Notes under the pieces: model-generated
Seen by the model: the letters and a program-made list of their open reading frames with translations, nothing else
The model's database searches: none
Told to the model about the DNA's origin: nothing
Part shown: positions 54,689-64,000 of the stretch, one piece after another
Numbering within the stretch: the stretch's first letter is position 1
Layout of the letters: each line of letters begins with the position of its first letter
Translations under genes and position numbers: made by a program
Source: the human T2T-CHM13v2.0 reference genome, Homo sapiens
Assembly (NCBI RefSeq): GCF_009914755.1
Contig: NC_060927.1
Direction: 5' to 3' (one strand)
Length of the DNA: 64,000 nucleotides

Positions 54689-55987
54689 TAAATACAGTAG
54701 CATTGAGGATTAGGACTTAACCAATTAATTTTGTAGGAACATAATCCGATCCATAACAAAATCTCTTTCCAATTACCTGAAGCATATACCTAGGTGTGGA
54801 ATCACTGGGGCATCTGGTAAGTCTGTGTTAAACTTTTTGAGGAATGGTCAAACTTTTTCTCAGTGGCTGCACCATTTTATATTCCCTTCTTGCAGGCAAT
54901 GTATGAGGATTCTAATTCTCAAAATCCTCATCAATACTTCTTATTTCCCATTTTTTTGCTTTGTTTTTAAACTACAGTAATCTTAGTGTGCATGAAGTAG
55001 TATTTCATTGTGGTTTTGATTTGCACTTCCCTAATGACTAACTATATTGAACTTTTTTCATGTATTTATTAGACATTCGTATATCTTCTTTGGAGAAATG
55101 TCTATTCACATCCTTTGGCCATTTTATAATTGGGTGGTTTGTCTTTTTTTGTTAAGTTGTAAGAGTTAGATACTTTTTATTATTGCATTTTACACATGTA
55201 TATATTTTACAAGCACATATGTAATAAACACATGCATACACACAGATATTATTTTCTATCAAACTGAAAGCCAGTATCATGTTTAGAGGTGAAATATTTA
55301 GATGAATTCCCATTAAAGTTAGTATCAGGTAAAGGATGTACAGTACCACAACTATTATTTAACATTGTTCTGAAAGTAAAAATCACTGTGGAATAGACAA
55401 GATAAACAAATAAGGTCTGAACTAACAGTAAATTGGATGCAACATTGTCATCATTTAGAGATGCTATGTTTATGTTTCTGGAAAACTGGAGAAGAACAGA
55501 GGAGTCCTGAAAGTACAGAGGATTGCACAAACATTTCTGACATTAGCCGATGCAAGAACTGGACCACCGGTATCCCCTAGTACTAATTTCACTAGAGAAA
55601 CTCACATGAATTTGATATTTTCTCCAAGTTTTCAGAAGCTCCTGACTCAAGAGCTATTTGGAACTCTGATTTGATTGCCTTATCAATTAATATATTGTTC
55701 TCTTTACAGATGGCTGTACAGTCATCCAGAAGAATTAAAGGTAAAATTAACTTGCTATGGCAAGATTTAAAATAATTTAGAATTATGAAAGAAAAGAAAT
55801 GCATCATAGAAACAACCTAACAGTATTGATTATTAAACATATAAAAAGAAGGTAAGAATGTCAGAGGAAACAGTATGGTTGCACAGTTATGAATTTTTAG
55901 GTTACGTTTAATTGTACTAAGTTTGCATGTTTGATTTAAGGCATTATCTTCTTCTAAGACATTATCTTTTGCAAGGCTAACACTGTT

Positions 55988-56297
55988 TTTTGTTTGTTTT
56001 GTTTTTTGTTTATTTTTTTGAGACAAAGTTTTGCTCTGTCATCCAGGCTGGAGTGCAGTGGTGTGATCTCGGCTCACTGCAACCTCCGCCTCCCGGGTTC
56101 AAGCAATTCTCTGCCTCAGCCTCCTGAGGAGCTGGGGCTACAGGCACCCACTACCATGCCTGGCTAATTTTTTGTATTTTTAGTAGAGATGGGGTTTCAC
56201 CACTTGGCCAGGCTGATCTTGAACTCCTGACCTTGTGATCCACCTGCCTCAGCCTCCCAAAGTGCTGGATTACAGGTATGAGCCACTGCGCCCGGCC
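55988..56297 (-). mobile_element. AluS (Sc/Sg-like)
   Basis: Full-length antisense Alu; TSD ctaa(c/t)actgtt. Confidence 0.93.
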
Positions 56298-56404
56298 ACT
56301 AATACTGTTAAATAGGAGGTAGATAGTGGTACTTACCTATCACTTAGTCACCTAGTGACTGTCACTTAGTCACTAGGACTTCTCTGCATGTACTTGTTTC
56401 TGGC

Positions 56405-56560
56405 TTTTGACTAGAATCAGCCAAGAATCTATTTTAAAATACCTGTGCACAGACTCTATCCCCAGAGGGTCCTATTTAGTTGGATTAGGCTGCGGTCAAG
56501 TTACTGGTCGTTTTAAAAGTATCACAGGTGATTCTAATGTACAACCAAAAATCTGAGCCA
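56405..56560. mobile_element. MER5A-like hAT fragment
   Basis: tagaatcagc ... caggtgattctaatgtacaacca. Confidence 0.6.
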
Positions 56561-58846
56561 CGTAATCAAAGGACCTAAATGAACTATGCTCTCCACTGTT
56601 TCTCTATTTAACTTCTCTTCTATGTCAAGTCTAATTTCTTCTGTCACTTAAAGCAAGCTATGAAATACTGGACTTTTATACCATCTTTAAACCAAGTATC
56701 TCAAATGTCTTTTATATTTTTCCAAAATGTGAATTATTTAAGTTTCATAAATCTGTGAGGAGGAGAGTGAGTACTAATAAGGATCCATTCACTCATCCTC
56801 AGAGTGGCTCTAGCAGATATCTAATAGTAATGGCAGAACTAGCACTCAGATATAGAGTACAGTGCTGTATTCAAATACAATTGTTGGAGTAAATTTAGAG
56901 AAGCAAAAAATAATTAAGTTGCATTTGGATTTGGCCAAGGGCCCATGAGTTAATACTTGAAAATTAGATGCCTAAAATAAACCTTCAATATTGACAAGCC
57001 ATCTCGATCTTGACTTTATGTATTATCCAAAACTCATCACACCCTTAGTAGACAAAATGTCCCTGTAAATGAAAGGAATATTCATTTATTCACTTATGGT
57101 ACAGCCTCAAGTGAACTAGTTATGCTAGATAAACAATAAAAATATAGATCCATGCACAGACTTGTTTAGTAATGACACTGATTGCTGGGAAATCAGATAT
57201 TCTCCAGTCATCTTCCAGTCAACACCATAAGAATTTCAATTTAATGTAATCACAAACCACGACAAAGTCATCACATGAATACACACACACACAAACACAC
57301 ATACACACGCACACACACACCCCTACCTTTGTTTTTCTTCAAAAAAACAAACAAAACCAAAATTTGAAATTCACCTTAAGAAAATACTAATCATAGTAAT
57401 CCTTTAAAAGAACGCTTCATGGACAAATTGTAACAAAAATAAAAGATACATTTCTCAAAGAATTTTTACCTTTTTCTTCCCCGATTTACTCACTGCCTGG
57501 AGCTTGATCCTTTTCAAGGGTGAACACTTAGGAGTCTTTAGTCACAAATCCACATTAGCTGTTGCATTAAAATGGGGCACCTTTTATGTATGCTACTGGA
57601 GGCTTGCCTTCCACCCAGTAGTTAGAACATGAACCCCTATGTTTCTTCATCAACAAAGGCAGCCCTGCTCAGAATATTACTGTCTTCAGTTAGCAATTCA
57701 CCTCAGAACTTGCTGTCATTCCAAGGTCATTGAGATATCGGCGTGCAACAGAGCCAACGACAGTTTTACAAGTTTCTGTCTTTGAGAAAGAACTCCACGT
57801 CTGTGTTACCTCTGACTGAGGGGTTCCCTCTGTCAGCTTTATTGACAATTATTGCCAATTTAGGGATGCCATGCTATAAGACAAGGACAGATTATGATGC
57901 TACTTCTAAGACCCATCCCGCCTTATTTTATGAGACTGATTTTTGGCGTCAAAAGCCAATTTCTTGCCTACTATTTATTCAAATTTGCCATTTTTCCTCA
58001 AAGGAGTAGCTATGCTGAATATTGGCTCACTGAGATCCCATGGGAATCAAAATACTGGGAAGTTGTAGAGCAGACGTTGTATTAGATTTTCCTGGTTGTG
58101 AACAACACAAACTTACTTTGGTACAGTTCTGGGGAAAAAAAGATTTAGGAAATGTGTATTGAGTGCTTTTTATATACATGCCCCAGGAAAGACAGGAAAC
58201 CAGGTATCTCCCAGGATCTGGTTTGCAGAAAATTTAAGGTGATCTCATTATGGTCCTACCATACAAGCCATTGGCCTTCAGCCATTTTTTGCCTCTGGAT
58301 AAATCAGATTTCCCAATGGACACCAGAATGCTACACCTTTAAGCAGTCTCATTTTAGTCTCTCCACAACCCTAAGTTACTACAGGTATTATGTCCTTCAC
58401 ACTTGATTGGAATTTTCCAGATCACCTGACAAATTGGGACCAGAACTATACTCCAAACTAAATCTCCTTAATCTAGATTTTATGTTTTTTATCTTACCAT
58501 ATTTTCTATGACAAAGAAAAAAATTGCTGGAAAGACACTCAAGTGAATCTTGTAGTTCCATCATCTTCTCCCAGGAGTTTGCTGTAAACTATTGAAAATG
58601 CTATAGTAAGGGCAAGAAGAATGACAGGAAATCCATGACTTTTCCAACGGCCTGTATTGGATGTAAAAAAGGATGGCTTTGGGAATTTTATAATCTCAAG
58701 TAGAATTCTGGCTTTTTCTCCTATTAACCGCCTGACCTTGGGCACCTTTCTTGCTTCTGTAATATAAGAATAGAAATACCTAATTACAGTCTTGAAGGAA
58801 TTAAATACAGCGACATAAGTAAATCTCCTAGCAGAGTGAACCTAAG

Positions 58847-59174
58847 TGTATTAGTCCATTCTCACACTGCTATGAAGAAATACCCTAAGCTGAGTAATTT
58901 ATAAATAAAAGGGATTTAATTGACTCATAGTTCTGCATAGCTGGGAAGGCCTCAGGAAACTTGCAATCATGGCGGAAGGCACCTCTTCACAGGGCAGCAG
59001 GAGAGAGATGTGTAGAGTGAAGGGAGGAAAAGCCCCTTATAAAACCATCAGATCTCATGAGAACTCACTCATTATCATGAGAACAGCATGGGGGAACCAC
59101 CCCCATGATCTAATTACAATTTGAATTACAATTCAAGATGAGATTTTGGCTGGGAACACAGCCAAACCATATCA
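58847..59174 (-). mobile_element. THE1D/MSTA-like solo LTR
   Basis: tgtattagtccattctcacactgctatgaag ... gccaaaccatatca. 5-bp TSD ctaag. Confidence 0.92.
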
Positions 59175-60491
59175 CTAAGTGGCTTTAATAAAATAGAGGA
59201 AGAAAGAGAAGTAGAAATTAATAGAAACTTGTAAAAGAAATAATAGAAATAGGTGGAAAAGATGGAAATAGAGGAACTCATCTAGGGAATATGTGTCACA
59301 AAACCATAGGCTTCTGAAGTGGGAAGATGATATACAATAGCGATAATCAACAGGTCCAATGGGGTTTGACCATAATGCCATCTTTTGACTGGCCTTTGAA
59401 GAAGTAGAGGATATATAACATAAAGTCCATTTCAAGAAGCAAAAGATAGCTGATGGGGGATTTGGCACTGTGATTATTCACCAAGGAGGAGATGAGATTC
59501 CACACTACGCCAGAGATGGAAATATCACCTTAACAAGCATGGACAGCCCCCAATGGACTATAAAATTCATTTGGTGGCTGTGATAATTCAAAAGAGCCAG
59601 GTGGTATATCAGTAACAAGGGAAGACATAAATTTTAATTTATGAGGCTCATAAGTGTCCTGGTCAGAAAGGGACAAACCCTCCACTCTCCAGCTCAGTAA
59701 TCCCGTCTAATGGGAAGAGAAAGCATTTTGAAATGATACTCATCAGTACCAGAGAACACTTTTTAAAAATTAGTTCATATGGGTGTGTGAGTGTATGTGC
59801 ATGTGTATATGCAATTGGAGGCTAAATTCTTGAAAGGGTAGTTCAGGTGGGAAACAATCAGTAAATTCTTGAATTATACAGAAACTCACACTTCGTATCC
59901 TCAAGGGAATTGTTTCTTTATGAAAGTCTGATGGCTTTATTACTGCCTTCAGTAAGTGTAGGGCCGACCAGACTCTGTGGTCTGCAGGGAAAAGAAAACT
60001 TGCTTATGTAATACAAACATGGCTCTAAAATGAAAACACATTTTCCTTTACTAACACATCCTAAAAAGTAATTATATTTTTGAGAAGATACATAAAATGT
60101 GGCAGGCACAATTCATGAATTTGCTAAGTATTCTTTGCAACAGACTCAGTCCATGCTGCTTCATATAAAACAGACCTTCCTATGTAAAATATTGTACACC
60201 TACACAAGTATCCTGTGTGTCTGAGAATCTAGCATATTGCCTGAATTAAGCATCTGCTCAATAAAGTTTTAAACAGCGACTTGGTCCTGTTTAGTCTACT
60301 TTTTAAAACATGGCTTATACCTTCTCTATAGTCTCCTATCTCTTGCTCCTCATATTTAAAATATGTAATATATGTGAATATATTTGGCAAGACAGTAAAG
60401 TATAAATATACATACTTATACTCTGTTACGTATATACACATATATACTTATATGCTTTCTATATTTATACAGAGCATATATATAGTACATA

Positions 60492-60875
60492 CATTCATGC
60501 ATGGCTTAATGATGGAAACACATTCTGAAAAATGCATCCTTAGGTGATTTCGCCATTGTGCAAACATCACAGGGTGCACTTACACAAACTTAGATGGTAT
60601 AGCCTGCTACATGCCTATACCACAGAGACTATTGCTCGTAGGCTACAAATCTATATGGCGTATTGAATAACATAGGCAATTGTAACACAACAATAAGTAT
60701 TTGTGTATCTTAAACATATCTGAATAGAAAAGGTAATACATTGCACTACTTTACAATGGCTGTGACATCACTAAGTGATAGGAATTATTCAGCTTCATTA
60801 TAATCTTATTTATGGTGCCATAGTGGTATATATGGCTCACTGTTGATGCAAATGTCATTATGTGGTGCTTGACTA
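60492..60875 (+). mobile_element. Tigger3a (Golem_A)-like MITE
   Basis: cattctgaaaaatgcatccttaggtgatttcgccattgtg; homologous to both ends of 35457-36631. Confidence 0.8.
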
Positions 60876-61212
60876 TATAGAATATATGCTTTCTCTCTAT
60901 TTACTTATACTCTACTCCACTGTCACCACCTTAGCATAGCCATTGCCATCTCTGCCCTAAACAGCTGCAATGATATCTAACCATCAGACCCCAGTCTTAC
61001 CATCATTCAGACTGGCCCTCACACTTGCCTCTAGAGCTGTCTTTCTTAAGCACAAAACCACAAAAAATAATATTGCCATTTGTTTCACCACAGATTTATT
61101 TCTATGTCCTCATCCCATGTTCCATTTCCACCTACCTAGCTATATATTGCATCATAGCATTTGCCAGAACATGGTAATGTATGTTTGTTTGTCTGTTTGG
61201 TTTCTTTTTAAT

Positions 61213-61347
61213 TTATTTATTTTTTCTGAGACAGAGTCTCCCTATGTTGCCCAGGCTGGTCTCGAATTCCTGGGCTCAAGGGTATCCTCCTGCCTTGGCC
61301 TCCCAAAGTGGTAGGATTACAGGTGTGAACCACCACGCCCAACCTGG
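61213..61347 (-). mobile_element. FLAM/AluJ left monomer inside an L2 fragment
   Basis: ctatgttgcccaggctggtctcgaattcctgggctcaag. Confidence 0.85.
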
Positions 61348-62594
61348 TTTCTTGCTTACTATTATTTTCCTCTTCATATAATGTAAGCTCAGTGAAAGTA
61401 GGAACTTAATATTTTTGCTTCTCTATCATGAGGGCTTGGAACAGGGCCTGGCACTAGTAGGGGTGCAATGCATTTTTTTTTTCAGTAAAAAATGAATATA
61501 ACCTGGGTAGAGCATATTGTCTTGGCACAGAACAAGCAATCAAAAAGTCTTTGTTGAATAGATGAATGAACACATGAACATATTAAAACTGAAAATACGT
61601 TAAGGAGTTTTCAGATTTGTGAAGAAGTAAAAACTAGTCTTTGGGTCCCTAAATCTCCTCTCTGTATTCTCTCTCCTCCTCTCATTCAGACTAAGGCATT
61701 GTAGTTAATGATAAAATAGAGTCTGCATGAATTTTCAGCTTAGGTAAGATGCAGTAGGGCCTCTTCTGCCCCTTAAGCTCATCCTGGTTACAACATGCCT
61801 TTACTCTCCACTCCCTTAAAAAACTGGCATGAAGCAGAAATTAATAAATTGATGTTATACTGCTGATATGTGTAATCAGTTAACACTCTGCCTACTCATT
61901 CATTTCTGGGCTTCTTCCAAAAGCTCTAAATCTATCAGACAGTGGGGAACAACTGTGAGACTATTATCCAAATGATTAAAATGAAAATAAAAAGATTTCA
62001 AATAGAAAAGCAGAATATTCACAAGACCTCCCTCTCTTTTCTTAGGCCATTATATTTATATTTCCAGAGCATACTTCACAAGAAATGTAAGTAGGAGTCT
62101 TGATGAAAATGTTTTAAAAATCAATTTTTCTAAAGCTAAAAATCATGAAAGTGTTACCTTATATCTATGCTGTTTGAAAGAGATTTCTCCCTTTTTTTGA
62201 AAGAAATATTAGTGGAAATCCTCCAGGATCAATTACCTAAGATATTTCTCATCCTTGCTACCACAATAGTCCTTCTGTTTTCAATTTTATGATTATACAG
62301 CATTTTTAGTAGTTTTCTCAGTGTATCAGAACTTATGAAAATAAATTTTTTAAAATGTTAAAAGAGGCAAATAGCTCTAAAACAATTGACCATTTATTTA
62401 TTAAGAAAATATTTATTGAGTGTGTACTGTATCAGGCACTGTTCTAGAGGCTGTGGATATAGCAGTGAACAAAGAAGTCACACTTATACCTCATACATAT
62501 GTGTGTATAAATGCACATATATATGGTGTGTGACACATCTATATGTATATACACATTTATATAGACATACATATATACACCTGTATGGTGTGTG

Positions 62595-62596
<2 letters not shown>

Positions 62597-62634
<38 letters not shown>
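62597..62634. repeat. (GT)n microsatellite within an antisense L2 3' end (~62385-62940)
   Basis: Read directly; L2 motif aatatttattgagtgtgtactgtatcaggcactgttctag upstream. Confidence 0.9.
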
Positions 62635-62637
<3 letters not shown>

Positions 62638-64000
62638 CATACACATAAAGACAGTGTAAGTATAAACATTCTAGTTGGATGAAGGAGGATGTACGTGAAT
62701 GTAAAACAACACTTTAAAAAAGTTAAACATAGAGTATGTTAAATGGATTTAGATGCTATAGAGCCGAAAAACAAACAAACAACAACAACAAAAAACACAG
62801 GGAACGGTGATAGGGAGTGTTGAATGTAGGATGGGCCAATGTTAAATGAAGTGACCAGGAAAACCTTATTAAGAAGGTATGATCTAAGTAAAGACTGCAA
62901 AAAGGTAAGGAAGGAAGCCAAGCAGATAGCTGAAGGAGAGACTCAGATGCCACACTCCATCCTTTATTCCATCGGTACACTTAAAAACACACCCGTACAT
63001 GCTATGTTACTTATGGCAGGGAGTTCTGATGGAGGGCATAATAATTTATTTAAAGAGCTAAAGATGTATTTTGAAAGTTTAACTTCTCTTCTCAAACTTA
63101 TAGTCTCCTTCTTTTACTTCTGACCAATTCACTTTTCTTATTTTATCTACATTATTTCTTCTTTATTGCTATTATTTTTTATTTTTATATAATAAATAAA
63201 TTAAAATCTTTCAATGGATCTGTCATAGGATTGGTTCCACTGTGCAATAACCAAGGACTTTATTGCATATTTGTTAGAAAATCATGATTTTCAGCACAAT
63301 TAAAAGTGTTCAAATTGCTCAGGACCCAGAAATAGGTGGTAAGTTTGAACATTAGCTGCTCTTTCTTCCCTGAAGCTAGCTCTGTTTCTTCTCTTAGTAT
63401 TTTTAAAGGAAATATATAGGCATTATTTGAAGTTAGTTATTAGCTTTAGGCAGCTTGTTCAGGCTTACATGCTCCCATGTGGAACCCTTGCAATAGTCAA
63501 CGTGAAACTGACCAAGGTATACCAAATCATTTGCAAAGAGAAGGTCTGATATGGTTTAGCTGCAAACAGACAAAAACAAACAAATAACAACAATAAAAAA
63601 TAAGACTCATGGAATGACTGATTATTTGAATCGGAAGGGACTGAAGGTAATCTCTAATGCTAAAATTTATCCTTGTAGCACAGACAGGTATAGTAAGGCA
63701 AGGCATGAAAGGTGAGTGGTATGCCAAAATTATAGCCAAGAGGAAAATAAAGGTATCGGCAAAGAAGGGGGAAAATGTGGCAAGAGGTTGATGAAAATAG
63801 GCTATTATCATAAAAGGAATGGAAGTTGATGATGTTAATGCAGTATAAAGTAGATTTCATTTAGAAAAAATTGAAAAGGATGGCCTGCTGAAAAAAAAAG
63901 ACAATGCAGTGATGTACAAAACTTTATTATGTTATTATTCTGTGCCATCATCCTAACCTCAATGGCACTCCTCTGACCTTTTTGTTCTCAAAGCATGACT

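Overview
Primate (human-like) AT-rich, repeat-dense genomic DNA with no recognisable spliced protein-coding exons; it reads as the intron of a large gene or as intergenic sequence. The main feature is a young, 5'-truncated processed retrocopy of BZW1 on the minus strand (14110-16610). It has a 19-bp target-site duplication, a poly(A) tail, AATAAA, about 1.66 kb of 3'UTR and an uninterrupted 268-codon ORF matching the BZW1 C-terminus including the W2 domain. The rest is mostly Alu, L1, L2, MIR, MaLR/ERV LTR and DNA-transposon fossils, several of them nested. Two structures are not explained by these repeats. One is a gap-free 200-bp inverted repeat (186/200 identical, 427-bp spacer) at 44434-45260. 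The other is a series of short templated or fold-back inverted insertions, the clearest being a 35-bp inverted copy placed inside an MLT1 LTR from about 700 bp away. Repeat subfamily calls come from recalled consensus motifs and their boundaries are approximate unless a TSD is quoted.
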